In this document: positions 27,458-40,625 of the stretch, piece after piece
Layout of the letters: each line of letters begins with the position of its first letter
Numbering within the stretch: the stretch's first letter is position 1
NCBI RefSeq assembly: GCF_026571515.1
Contig: NW_026859228.1
Location: 248,001-312,000, forward strand
From: Ruditapes philippinarum
Taxonomy: Eukaryota
Direction: 5' to 3'
Length of the DNA: 64,000 nucleotides
Position numbers and translations under genes: made by a program
The notes under the pieces: model-generated
The model's database searches: none
What the model was told of the DNA's origin: nothing
Seen by the model: only the letters and a program-made list of their open reading frames with translations

Positions 27458-28001
27458 CTGAAAAAAAAGAAAAATGAAAAACAAATAATTACATTTCATA
27501 TGCAATGTTAATCATTTATAAATGCTGTAATTATCAGTCAATGTGTAAATGGCCAGCTGAGCTCAAACAGGCAAGAGATTATCCATACAAAAATCTTAAC
27601 CTTTTTGTCTGACACAATTAGACTTTATAAATGTTGATGGTAAAATGCAGGTAAACAATACTTGTTTTGATACAAATCCGCTTCCAATATATATCATAAT
27701 CTACCTTTGAATTAATGAGCAGAACAAAACAAAATTGCAAGTTTTAAGCTAAATGTGAACATTTTAATGTTAACAAAATGTGTTGAGTTGCATTTTAATG
27801 TTAACAAAATGAGTCTGGTTGCATAATAAAATGCAAGTAAATGTAATTCCGATATAGGGAATAGCTTAAGTACTGAAAATTATCAAGCATTGTACAATTG
27901 GGCACCTGAGGTGTCTATCCACTAATAATGCTGGAAATTCGCCATATGAACTTTACAATATCTATGTGACATGAAACCAAAACAAACAAACTTGAAATTA
28001 C

Positions 28002-28196
28002 CTGTGCAAAGATTTTCTCCTTATATTTTCTGTCAATGATGGGATCTTCATGGGCCAGTGAAGTTTGCATCATACTGGTTGGTGAGCCCGTTCTTTCCCT
28101 GTCCCCTAAACTACCCGCAGTTTTACCACGGCTAGGTGGGCCTCTAGAGGCAGGAGTCGCACTTTGTTTACCAGACTTCATATCTACTTTTGTAGA
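28002..28196 (-). CDS. MYCBPAP: MYCBPAP-like penultimate exon (unit 2): STKVDMKSGKQ...KEKIFAQ
   Basis: 195 nt, open, bounded by ttttttttag and CAG|gtaatt, phase 0-0; conserved in four units. Confidence 0.7.
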
Positions 28197-28656
28197 CTAA
28201 AAAAAACGTATACAAAAAAATGTTGATATTTTTACTTAATAAGAAATTTTTGATAAAAACAGATACTTTTATCAGTTGTATGAGAAATATATTTTGATAA
28301 ATAGATGACATCAAAATCTGTCAACATGTTCTTCGGCCATTTTTGTAATAATATGATAATAGCATTGGACCGGAGCTTTCTTTTCAAAATAACATCAAAC
28401 TTTAGTTTTAAATTCATTCATTTGTGTAAATACAAGTAAAAAAAATAATCTTTAGAATCTTGGATTGAAAATGTTTAACCCTTAATTTTGGGAAACTGAA
28501 AGGAACAAGTTTTTGCCACCAGTATAAAGTCAAGCAATTATTCAAATTTTTACAGTCACACCAGGCTCAATACTGCTGGCTGATCAACCTAGAAATTTTA
28601 TATGAATATCCCAGAAATTGACAAAGAACAGTTCAAACAATGAATCATAATAATAC

Positions 28657-28772
28657 CTCTTTTGAAACTTTTCCTCCTTTGTCTTTATCTTTAGCTGGTG
28701 TAGGGGCTTTCTTATCAGGTGCTTTTGCGGCTCCTTTATCCCCTGTTCCACTCTTACGTCCTTTACCATCAC
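28657..28772 (-). CDS. MYCBPAP: MYCBPAP-like Lys/Gly-rich exon (unit 2): DGKGRKSGTGDKGAAKAPDKKAPTPAKDKDKGGKVSKE
   Basis: 116 nt, bounded by ttttgtag and GAG|gtatta, phase 1-0, compatible with the next exon. Confidence 0.65.
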
Positions 28773-30244
28773 CTACAAAATAAACAAATTATATTTCTTT
28801 AACAATCACGTATCATATGATTTTATTATTTCTTATACACATCAAAATAGTTCCATAAATCATATTCTTCTGCAAAATTCATAATCTAGTCAAATAACAG
28901 ATAAGGGTGATCAGTCTATGAAAACTAACACTTTCATTGGTCAATTTTTAAATATTTTCTAGAGTAACAACCAATCAGATTTTGAAGTTTTTGACTGGTT
29001 GCTAAATATCTGTTTTTCGTCTTACTTACAGTGACTTTCTATTCTCTCTATTTTTGTCTCTTCATTTAAATGCAAGAAAAAAATGAAAATGTTACACATT
29101 TACTAAATATAAAAAGAATAGATTCTCTTAATTATATGAATGTTTACATTATTTTTGACGACTTTGATAATGGAAAAAAATGTTTAAATATTTATTAACA
29201 AATGATCTTAAATGAGAAGGAATAAGTGAAATACTTAAAATATGAGAACAATATCATGGGATATAAATACTGCTCTAGCTATTATTATACAGGATCAAAA
29301 TAATAGAGTAAAATATGAATAATTGAATGATATGGAACAGGGGTTTTCTAATATACAAACATGTTAAGATCACTTTAAACAAAACACATGAACAAAATAA
29401 CATAATGTTAGCAAAGACAACTTCACATGTCTATAAATTGTTTGTCTTACCTTTTGAAAATAATTTTCGTTTTTAAAATCTTTGGTCTTGTATCAATAAA
29501 GTGCAGTTAAAGCAATATATAGAAAAAAAGAAAACTAGATGTTCGGCAGATTTATTTAGTAAATTTTTTTTAAAAGCCTTAGATATAAAAATGAGACTTG
29601 CACTAAGTTACTATAGATGCTGCAGTCAAAGTCAACCCTTCTTGCAAAAAAACAGCCATACTTGATTTTGAAATGGTTATTTGAAGACAAATTTCTTCGA
29701 AATAAAATATACGGTACATGTATACATGTGGTAATGAAAACTTCAACATTAAACCAACAAACACAGGGCGAACAAGGTATATTGGATAGGTTGCAGTAAA
29801 ACTTACTACTCCCGGTACTTTATCTGACAATCCTTGCCCAACTGTAAAAACCCAACAAACACAAAACATTCAAAGCTTTCAGGGGAAGCAACTGAGACTA
29901 AGTAACAATGCAAAAGGGAGACTACTTCTAGTTAACGACCTAAATGTTTGTAATGCAATAAAATACAAATAAATGTAGAATGATATGTACTGCTTTGTTT
30001 TTAAAATAATTTAGAAATAGCAAAGAAAAAACTTTGATCAAACATGATGTTTTTACTTAAGCATTTATCAAGAGTTAGTGACCTTGCTATTTTAATGAGG
30101 TTCTGGGTTATGATGGTTCTTTGGTAAAAAGTAAGTAAAGTAAGATGCTATTTGAAATGTAATTACTCATATGAGTACAGACAGATTTTATTCCCTTGTT
30201 TCACTTTTAGTTAATGACCTATTTAATGACTATAATTAAACAAA

Positions 30245-30700
30245 CAAGAGCTGTCGGTAGGACAGCAACGCTCGACTAGTCTTAGTGCTTGATAGTAAAA
30301 GAGCCTTGATAATGTAAAATTTTCTGAGTTTATAACAAAAGGACAGAATTTTTCTTTAAAATCCATGTTACAGTTATAGGCCATAGAGAGAGTATTATAT
30401 TATGCTCTCAAAAAAGAGTATAAAATTTCAAACTTGTTTCAATAGAATATGAAAATATCTGAGGTGGTATGCAAACCTAAATGAAAATTCTAAGTTGAAA
30501 AAGGGGCATAATTCTGTCAACAGGTTGGGATCAAGATGGTGAACAAGTGTGCAAAGTTTCAAAGCCATATGTCAATACACTTTAAAAATATTTGAGGTAT
30601 TAGAAAAACTTTAACATGAAGTGGTTACGCCGACACCGACGCCGATGCTCGGGTGACTACAATAGCTCTACTTATTCTTATCAAATAGTCGAGCTAAAAA
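30245..30700. mobile_element. Non-autonomous Helentron/HINE-like mollusc repeat (second copy at 41025-41462)
   Basis: Begins aacaagagctgtc; subterminal inverted motif GCTCGACTA/TAGTCGAGC; (gacgcc)n microrepeat; inserted in an A-run; empty site at about 860-875. Confidence 0.65.
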
Positions 30701-31143
30701 TTGTTGTAAGGATATGAAGAAATGATGGATAAATTATGATAAATAATGAATTATTATAAATAATGCTATAATCCTGTGTAAATAATGAGTATTATTTGCA
30801 AACTAGAATAATATGCTGTGTAAATGCTGCTATTACAAAGAAAAATGCAAGTGTATAGACACAACGATACGTTTGTCATGACATAGTTACAGAAATGAGA
30901 TATATTTATAATTTCCTATTCCTGGCATAGTATGAAGAATAATATACATAGCTAGTGTTGGACATACGCCTCCAATCCATCAATAATAATAGACATGATC
31001 ACAACTTCACAAGGGTAAAAGACATGAAAATAACAATACATTTTGTGTAACCCATACACCAACCAAGTCACTTCAAACTAGCAACGTTTCTGCACACTTT
31101 GTGTGTTTGTGTGCAAATGTGTCTGATCTACACATTGGCTTAC

Positions 31144-31239
31144 TCAATGTTCTATCTTCAGATAGTAATTTAGGGTTACTAGGGGGTTTGGAAGGGGTTC
31201 TAGATGCCCGTCTACTCTCACGAGATTCCTGTTTTGATT
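31144..31239 (-). CDS. Upstream 96-nt symmetric exon of the same - strand gene (unit 2): SKQESRESRRASRTPSKPPSNPKLLSEDRTL
   Basis: Bounded by ttctgttag and gtaagc, phase 1-1, open. Homologues of the same length at 1280-1375 (TAG), 18186-18281 (open) and 41907-42002 (TAG). Confidence 0.55.
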   Translation of the reverse strand, partial: NQNRNLVRVDGHLEPLPNPLVTLNYYLKIEH

Positions 31240-32630
31240 CTAACAGAAAAAATAATGTACCAAATATTAAAAAGTAATCAAAGCTAAATAAGATTCTTAA
31301 TCAATGAAGCATTCTTAAAATATAGTTGACATTCATGATATAAAGTGATGTTCTAATGCTCAAAATGACATTCAAATACACAACAGTACATGTACACTGT
31401 TTGTGTTTCTTTTCTTTTTAGAAAGTCAAAAAGTCAAATCTTTTAAAAGTTCGTTGCCTGCAAAAAATAATCTTTGCGTATGAAAATATTTAGTTTCTAG
31501 ATGTATTACTTTGTACTATTTTAAATAAATCCCTCACCTAGTAGTGAGAATGTATTATGCCGAAAAGTAAAGAAAGAAAGCACTGCTATATCTACACAGA
31601 TATCAGAGATTGAGTTAAAAGGTCTTATACACTGAATAATCACAAATATTTCAAGCAGCATGCAACATAATGAATGCAACAGGCATCATGTGAATGTTCT
31701 GTTTCCAGACAAAGCAGGAGGAAATATTTTAATGTCTTGTACAATTAACGATTTCATGCTAGACACAAATGAGGTTGTTCTTTCTAAACTTAACAACAAC
31801 AAAAAAAACATAAAACAACAAAAAACTTATCTTTATTGCTAACATTCTAATGTAAGATGATAATCTTATATAATTGTGTAAATGAGCAAGTTATCTTCTC
31901 ATAATGGTAAAAGTTTCGGTATTTATTCACTATACTTTCACAAAATAGCATTTGATCCAAATGAACTTTGGGAAAAAATAATAACAGATCGTTTCATTTC
32001 TTACCAACTGTGATCAGAGGAAGCGTAAAGTTTTTTTCTATAAAACAACACAACACATTTGTTTATTATGTAACATTTTTAAATACATGTTGTTTTATAT
32101 TCCATTTTTATATGTACAATGTTGTGTACAATGTTTACAAATATGTGAATGGCTAGCATATAAACTACTGTAATTTGTCCATTCATTTGACTTGACTCTA
32201 AAGATCCGAATAATTTCTAAAGTTGCTCTTGAGAAACAATATATCAAAATTGCAATTCAAACTAATACTGGGCATTTGACACATATTTGTTTACAGTTGC
32301 TCTAAAAAGTGAGCAGTTACATTTAAGAAAACTGATTGGGCAAAACAATAAATTCATTACCAGTATATAAGGTTTATTACTGTCAACAGCAGACAAACGG
32401 ATTCTTGTCTGTAACAAAGGAAGTGGCGATATCCTAAGACTGTTAGGCAGCTTAAAACATATGACATTTTTGGACCAACGAGAGCAAATATTATAACCTT
32501 TGAGCATACTGTGATAGAGAATATAAATTTTCGCTATTTGCTCAATGGAAAAAGAAATATAATAGGCTAATATTTTCTAAATATCAGTGTGAACTTAACT
32601 AGAATGATACATAGGGATATGTCGTAATTA

Positions 32631-33315
32631 AACAAGATATGTTTGTAAAACATGTATGCCCCCTATCAGCAGCCAATAAGTCATGTGATAAGGTTATTAT
32701 GCATGACATCTGACCCAGTGATCAAACAATTAATAAGGGTTATCAAGTATCTACTGGTCATGACCTTAACCTTGACCCCTTGACCCAAAACTCAATAGGG
32801 GTCATTTGCTGGTCATGGCCAATCATCATACAAAGTTTGAAGTTCCTAGGCCTAAGCGTTTTTAGTTAATTGATCGGAAACCATTTTTACCTACAAGCTC
32901 AATGTGACCTTGACCTTTGACCCCTTGACCCCAAAATCAATAGGTCATCTGCTGGTCATGACCAATCACCATGCCAAGTTTGAAGTTCCTAGGCCGAAGC
33001 GTTCTTTAGTTATTGATCAGAAACCGTTTTTACTTACAATGTCAATGTGACCTTGTCCTTTGACCCCTTGATCCCAAAACTCAATAGGGGTAATCTGCTG
33101 GTCATGACCAATCACCATACCAAGTTTGAAGTTCCTAGGCCTAAGCGTTCTTAAGTTATTGATCAGAAACCGTTTTTACTTACAAGGTCAATGTGACCTT
33201 GACCTTTGACCCCTTGACCCAAAACTCAATAGGGGTCATCTGCTGGTCACGACCAATCATCATACAAATTTTGAAGTTCCTAGGCCTAAGCGTTTTTAGT
33301 TAATTGATCGGAAAT
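32631..33315. repeat. Truncated HINE-like element carrying about 4 tandem 145-bp satellite monomers
   Basis: gttcctagg recurs with spacings 143, 146 and 145 bp; tgaccttgacctttgacc motif typical of molluscan satellite-bearing elements; absent from the paralogs at about 19570 and 54085. Confidence 0.85.
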
Positions 33316-33735
33316 TCAAACAAGTAACGTGACAATGAATATTTTACTTACGTACACTGATAATCTTATCAGGTGACTAAATATTTACCAAACGACCAGA
33401 GGGTAAACAAGATTTCTACCTTTATTTTTATTTTCTTGTATAAAAAATACATTCTGCTTTATGTAACACTAGCATACGCCTTTAATTGAAATACAAGTAG
33501 AAAAACTAACATATAAAGTTTTAGAATTAAAGTATAAATTTATAATATTTTACTTATCAGGTCAAATATTTTTAAAAGGGTATTTCTGAAAATATGCCAG
33601 TAATTTGATTGCCCGTCAGAAATTGATACTAGTGTTTTAAATGTAAATGGATCGGTCGAATTCCATGTATTTAACATCATAATTGATAAGATTTTGAAAA
33701 AAAATTCTTCACATATCATATTTTTTCAGACAGGA

Positions 33736-35434
33736 ATGGAGGTTCCTGGTAAATTAGGTCTAGGAGATCTAAATGATGATGACTCGACATTAATATGTCT
33801 TCCATGTGATATTGATGGTTTGAAGGAACCTGCTTATGGCTTCTGTCAGGACTGCCAGGAGCATCTATGTGAAACGTGCTACAAACATCATAGACGTGCA
33901 CGTCCATTTAAAAACCATGTACTCATTGACAAAGAACCCATGCCAAAGACCAGGGTAAATGCAGCAACAACATCTGAGGATACAGCCGACTATTGCACGA
34001 AACACCAAGACAAACCACTAGAATTTTATTGTAGGGATCACACATCTGTGGCTTGTTATGTGTGCGTTACATTAGAACACAAACAGTGTAAGGTGGACTA
34101 TATTCCTGATGTTTCTGGAAACCTGTCTAACGAGATGACAGATATATTAGAACAAATGCAAGTATTGAAGCAAAGCTTCACAAGAACTAGACCAGAGTCA
34201 TGCCAAAGTTGTTGAAGATATCAAAGTCTTTAGGAAAGAGATAAATGAATGTTTGGACAGAATGGAAACCAGAATATTAAAGGAAGCTGACACAATTGTA
34301 AAAGAAGCAAAGGGTAAACAGGAAACCATAAAAGCTGCTTCTTTAGAGATAACTGAAGAACTTGAATGTTCACATTCATTGTTAAGATCATTAAAAGAAC
34401 AGAACAAGCAAACTAAGCTTTTTATCGAGATTAAAAACGTCAGAAAAAGTCTGCCAATACTGACAGATAAGGAAAAGAACGTATTGCGTGCAAATACAAC
34501 AAACAAATATATTCAATTTACCCGCAACACAAGCATTATAGATTTTCTTAAGACTGATAATAATTATGGAACATTGTCAACATTTGTACAGCCGTGCCCA
34601 GATAGTGTAGTAGATTTACAATATATAGATACAATAGACATGAAACAGACATCAGAAAATGAAAAATGTAACATTACTGGAATAATAATGATTGCTCCTA
34701 CGAAAATGGTTGTTTCTGAAAGCAGTAACAGAAATATAAAACTGATCGACGTTGAGAAAAATGTAGTTGTAACAGAGGTAAAGATGTGTTCACGTCCGTT
34801 GGATGTTATAACTCTTCCAGAAAAAAAACTTGCTGTAACTTTGGCCGATGAAATGTTTCTTCAGATATTGTCTTATTCTGACGCGAAACTTTCATTAGAT
34901 CAACGTATAGATGTAGGAGAAAAGTGCGCTGGTGTTGCTTATGGCCAGAATAAATTGGTTATCTCTAGTCGGGCTTCAAAGAAAATAATCATAATGAATC
35001 TTAAAGGAGAAATTCTCAATGTTCTTGGTTCTCTTGCTATATTCTATGGGCCTATTAGAGTTTTGATAGGCAAGGATGAAACGTTTATATATGTATCGGA
35101 TACAGATTGGAGTCAAAGTAGTAAGGTTTTGAAAATGGATTGGAAAGGAAATGTTAAAAGCGTTTTTGAAGACCAAAGTCACAAATTTCCGTACGGTCAA
35201 CAACAATTAGAAGATAAGACTATACTGGTATGTTACAGTGAAAGTAACACTATTCTGAGACTGTCAAGCAGCTTAAAGAAATGTGATATTATTGGGCTAG
35301 AGAAAGCAAATATTTATTTTCCAAAAGCTGTAACATACTGCGACAGAGAACAAAAACTGTGCGTAAGTTGTTCATCAGAGAAAGATGACTGGCGGGCTGA
35401 TATTGTGAAAGTGTTCCATGTTAAATGGAAATAA
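33736..35434 (+). pseudogene. TRIM-like gene copy 3 (subtype B), frameshifted and lacking the putative first exon
   Basis: A 60-nt segment of copy 2 is replaced by 28 nt at about 34159-34186 (net -32 nt), splitting the gene into ORFs 33736-34215 and 34253-35434. About 3 kb of upstream sequence, including the conserved donor site, is deleted. Confidence 0.85.
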
Positions 35435-35739
35435 ATATTACAAAGGAATATGTCGTCATCAAAAAAGTCTCTTTATATAACTGACATTGTCTTTTCTTCG
35501 TAAACTGATACGTGATGGATAAAAGATGAGTGTTCATACAGTAAGACCTTGCAGGACCAGATTATCTTAAGTAGGGAACAATAGCTTTCATGCATCAATT
35601 TGGCGAGTCACAGAGCAATGAGATTATTACTTGGCTCGGGACAGTTCTGATTCAACACAATCTGTATAAGGTGAAATAGGGTAGAATCATTTTTGATGGA
35701 AAACTTTTTGTAAACATTTAAGTTGTTGTTTAAATTATG

Positions 35740-35939
35740 GTTTGGTTTAAACATATTTATTTACGCTCGATTGCGAAACAAGCTCTTGCAACTTATATTA
35801 ATCACTTTCGAATCCGCTTCCTGGAACAAACCATTACTGGCGTCATATGAAGAAACATGGTCGTGACCCGAGTAGGGCTCGAACCCATGATCTCTGGGTT
35901 GAGAGGCAGACACTCTAACCACTAGGCCACCGCTCCCCC
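35740..35939 (-). mobile_element. tRNA-derived SINE, same insertion duplicated with the unit
   Basis: Same A/B boxes, TSD and position about 300 bp after the TRIM stop. Confidence 0.9.
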
Positions 35940-36105
35940 TTAAATTATGATGATTATAGAGTAAATAAATGTATATTTGCACAGGCTGTGGATAAAGGAA
36001 ATACTAGATGTAGAAATTGGTATCTTATTGAATAGTTAAATTCGTTAAGACTAAACATGAACTCTCAATAACCGTTTTTACGCAAGGAATTAGTACAATT
36101 TACTG

Positions 36106-36429
36106 ATGTTTTATTGGAATGCCATACAGCTGACTGATGTGAATGGATGTCGCCTTAATAAGCTTGGGATATATAGAACTTTCAAACATTTTTATGCTGT
36201 TGAACACTATTGCAAAATTATTTTTTTCCATTTTCGTCATATATCTCCCTTCTCTAAGTTTAGTTGCGGTGAGGCACAAATTAGGCCAGACATTGGGAGA
36301 TATAAAAAATCATCTTCCAGAAACATAAAAGCATGTCAGTTGTGTGATAATTGTGTTGAATCAGAGCTGATCCACGTTGTGCTAAAATGCTTAATGTGTG
36401 TTAGGGAGAGTCAAATAACGTTTCATTAA
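36106..36429 (+). mobile_element. 3' fragment of a LINE (post-RT C-terminal zinc motif); homologues at 51589-51900 and about 14270-14500
   Basis: KLGIYRTFK...SKFSCG..IRPDIGRY...CQLC.NCVESE.IHVVLKC matches the EtGRy..CxxC..EdE.H....C tail of invertebrate LINE ORF2. Confidence 0.7.
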
Positions 36430-38105
36430 CCTGTAATGTCAACTGTAATTTTAATGTGTTAAATGTTTTAGAAAAAAATAAAAATTTTGATATGGTTAGA
36501 AAAACACCTGTTGTAATACATGTATGTTAAAAAACAAGAAACAATGCTCTATACAATTTGTTTTCTTAATGTTTTGAATTTTGTATATATGTTGAACTTT
36601 ACATTATACAGTGTAAGTTTTTAGCTATTACTAAATGTTTTAATTTTGTATAAAGTCTGAACTCTTATCAGCCGTTAAGTTTTTACTATGTCAGAAATGC
36701 CAATTTGTTTGCTACTAGTCCTAAGTAATGATACATATTTTATGGTGCTTATTACCCTATTGCATCTAGTGATTTTATTTTTTTTTTCCAAATCAATTCC
36801 AATTTTATCTTTTCATTCATTTTTATTTTAATTAACTTATAAGTAAATACTGTAAATATAATGAAGTGGCTCTCTAAAACTAGCAAGGCATTTTTACCTT
36901 TATTGTGAGGATTATGTGTAGGAATGTGAAAGTCGGGACATAATACTTAATTATATTATTAGTCTCTAACAATCTACCCTACAATGGCTTTGAGCATACA
37001 TGTATATAAATTTTATGTATTAATGTGATGAATTGTATTATGAAGAGACTTGAATAAAAGATAAATAATTAAATGTTTAATGACCAAGCTTATGTCTTTT
37101 TGTTATCATGTTTAGTGGTGAAATGCTCTCGAATATCGAGTCTCTCATTGACATATACAAACCATGATCATGATAGTCACATTTGACTTGAAGTTTTCTC
37201 TTACATTTTTCTCCACTTTGTGTCTATAATCTGAACAGTGCTCTGGTTTGAACAGTGCTGATGTATTCTTTTCCCCACGGACAATATATCCCTTAAAAGA
37301 GACGTCTGCATTCTTTAGTTTTCTTGGTAAAATAACTGTATGAAGGCTCTTGTGACCTCGAATCTCAAGGCAACACTTTAAGCAGTTAAATCATTCAAGT
37401 TCCAACAGCTCTCTAGATGGGCTATGATGGGTGGTCATTGCAAGGTTCCTTTCCATCAGATGTGATATTAAATACATGTGAACGCGGTCTGTCACACTAT
37501 AAATAAGGTACGCTGGACAACATTAAGCTTACTTGAAATGACTGTTATAATGTTTTTCATCTTCAAAGGACACAAATGCTGTAAAACAAAATTTAAATAT
37601 TCCAGCATTAAGTAAATGTTAAAAATCAGCTTTCTATCACAAACAAAAACATTTTAATTATTTTGTTTACCTCTGTTGGTTAAGATACAATGCTTCACAA
37701 AAAAGTCTTTTTGTCATCACATTTTGCTGAATCAAGAACAACATAAAAAATAAAAGTTTGATTGTTAATAAATTTTATTTCATAAATCATCATGATAATA
37801 TATAATTGCCAATTGTTTCCAATAATAACTCCATGGATAATATCATATTCAAGACAACTGGACTCGAGTCCAGTCATAAATTACATGCTTGTGTTACAAT
37901 TATTTTTTTTAATAAGTACATTGAAAATAAATAATATCACAGTTTTTCACTTTGTATTAATATGGTTATGCATTACATCTATGTTAAGTCTATAACTTTT
38001 CATTGTTCATGTAGGACGACATGACTTCGTCTTGAAATTTAAAATGTTTGAAGTTTCACAGTATTGAGTAAAGATGATGAAGGTCTTTTAAAACCGCTTT
38101 AAGGG

Positions 38106-38201
38106 TTAAGGTTGAAGAGGTGGTCTATTGGTATCATTTCGAATTATTTCATCAAACACAAACTCCATTTTGTCTATAGCATCTCCCACTATTGCATATG
38201 T
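38106..38201 (-). CDS. MYCBPAP: MYCBPAP-like terminal coding exon (cassette of unit 3)
   Basis: Same peptide as 27362-27457 with 2 synonymous differences; acceptor intact. Confidence 0.65.
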   Translation of the reverse strand, partial: TYAIVGDAIDKMEFVFDEIIRNDTNRPPLQP

Positions 38202-38763
38202 CTAAAAAAGATAAAAAAAAATTATTACATTTCATATACAATGTTTTATCATTTACAAATCTTGTAATTATCAGTCAATGTGTAAATAATCAGCTGAGCT
38301 CATACAGGCAAGAGCTAGATTATCCATACAAAAATCTTAATATTTTTGTTTGACACAATTAGACTGTATAAATGTTGATGGTTAAATGCAGGTAAACAAT
38401 ACTTGTTTTGATACAAATCCTCTTCCAATATACATTGTATATTATAATCTACCTTTGACTTATTAAAAAGGCAGAACAAAACAAAGTTGCAAGTTTTAAG
38501 CTAAATGTCAACATTTTAATGTTAACAAAAACTGTCTGGTTGCATAATCAAAGGCAAGTAAATGTTATTCCTATATCGTGAACAGCTTAAGTACTGAAAA
38601 TTACCAAGCGTACAGATGGTAGGTGGTTTTACTAAGGCAATTACACCTGCCTTGTACAATTGGGCACCTGAGGTGTCTATCCACTAATAATGCTGGAAAT
38701 TTGCCATATGAACTTTACAATAACTATGTGACATGAAACCAAAACAAACAATCTTCAAATTAC

Positions 38764-38958
38764 CTGTGCAAAGATTTTCTCCTTATATTTTCTGTCAATG
38801 ATGGGATCTTCATGTGCCAGTGAAGTTTGCATCATACTGGTTGGTGAGCCCGTTCTTTCCCTGTCCCCTAAACTACCCGCAGTTTTACCACGGCTAGGTG
38901 GGCCTCTAGAGGCAGGAGTCGCACTTTGTTTACCTGATTTCATATCTACTTTTGTAGA
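38764..38958 (-). CDS. MYCBPAP: MYCBPAP-like penultimate exon (unit 3)
   Basis: 195 nt; same peptide as 28002-28196 with 3 synonymous differences; AG and GT intact. Confidence 0.7.
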
Positions 38959-39431
38959 CTGAAAAGAATGTAAACAAAAAAAATGTTGATCTTTTTACTT
39001 AGTAAGAAATTTTTGAAAAAACAGATACTTTATGAGAAATATACTTTGATTAATAGATGACATCAAAATCTGTCAACATGTACTTCGGCCTTTATTTTCT
39101 GTAATAATATGATAACAGCAGTGGACGGGGGCTTTTTTTCAAAATGATATCAAACTTTAGTTTTTAATTCATTCATTTGTGTAAATACAAGTAAAAGAAT
39201 AATCTTTAGAATCTTGGATAGTAAAGTTGTAATCCTTATACTGCTAAAACTGAAAGGAACAAGTTTTTGCCACCAGTATAAAGTCAAGCAGTCACTCTAG
39301 GCTCTATACTACTGGCTGATCAACTGTGAAATTTTCCTGAATATCCCCAAAAATTGACAAATGACAGTTCAAACAATGAAAAGAAGGACAAGTCATTTCT
39401 GTAGGAAATGCAGTATGCTTAATGTTAATAC

Positions 39432-39547
39432 CTCTTTTGAAACTTTTCCCCCTTTGTCTTTATCTTTAGCTGGTGTAGGGGCTTTCTTATCAGGCGCTTT
39501 AGCGGCTCCTTTATCACCTGTTCCACTCTTACGTCCTTTACCATCAC
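39432..39547 (-). CDS. MYCBPAP: MYCBPAP-like Lys/Gly-rich exon (unit 3)
   Basis: 116 nt; same peptide as 28657-28772 with 4 synonymous differences; AG and GT intact. Confidence 0.65.
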
Positions 39548-40589
39548 CTACAAAATAAACAAATTATATTTCTTAAACATACATGTATCATGATTTTATT
39601 ATTTCTTAAACACATCAAAACAGTTCCTTAAATCATATTCTTCTGCAAAATTCATAATTTAGTCAAATAACAGATAATGGTGATCAGTCTATGAAAACTA
39701 CCACTTTCATTGGCCAATTTTTAAATATTTTCTAGAGTAATTACCAATCAGATGCTGAAGTTTTAGACTGGTCACCTAAGATCTGATATTTTGTCTTACT
39801 TACAGAGACTGTCCATTCTCTCTATTTTTGTCTCTTCATTTAATGCAAGAAAAACACAACATGAAAATGTTACACATTAACTAAATATGAAAGAATAGAT
39901 TTTATCCAAATTATATGACGTTTTACATTATATTTAGTGACTATGATACATAATGGGAAAAAATGTTTCAATATTTATTAACAAATGATGATAAATGAGA
40001 AGGAATAAGTGAAATACTTAAAATATGAGAACAATATCATGGGATATAAATACTGCTCTAGTTATTATTATACAGGATCAAAATAATGGAGTAAAATATG
40101 AATAATTGAATGATCTGGAACAGGTGTTTTCTAATATACAAACATGTTAATATCACTATAAACAAAACACATGAACAAAATAACATAAAGTTAGAAAAGA
40201 CAACTTCACATGCCTATAAATTGTTTGTCTTACATTTTGAAAATAATTTTCGTTTTTAAAATCTTTGGTTTTGTATCAATAAAGTGCAGTTAAAGCAATA
40301 TATAGAAAAAAATGAAAACTAGATGTTCGGCAGATTTATTTAGTAAATTTTTTTTAAAAGCCTTAGATATAAAAATGAGACTTGCACTAAGTTACTATAG
40401 ATGCTGCAGTCAAAAGTCAACCTTCTTGCAAATAACAGCCAATACTTGATTTTGAAATGGTTATTTGAAGACAAATGTTCTTCGAAATAAATATACGGTA
40501 CATGTATACATGTGTAATGAAAACTTCAACATTAAACCAACAAACACAGGGCGAACAAGGTATATTGGATAGGTTGCAGTAAAACTTAC

Positions 40590-40625
40590 TACTTCCAGGT
40601 ACTTTATCTGACAATCCTTGCCTAA
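40590..40625 (-). CDS. Candidate 36-nt microexon (RQGLSDKVPGS) of the - strand gene
   Basis: Bounded by tttttacag and gtaagt, phase 1-1. The paralog at 29807-29841 is 35 nt. Confidence 0.45.

Noticed and set aside
32760-33315. Regularly spaced repeats suggestive of a CRISPR array
   Set aside because: Whole 145-bp monomers repeat with no unique spacers; eukaryotic context and no cas genes.
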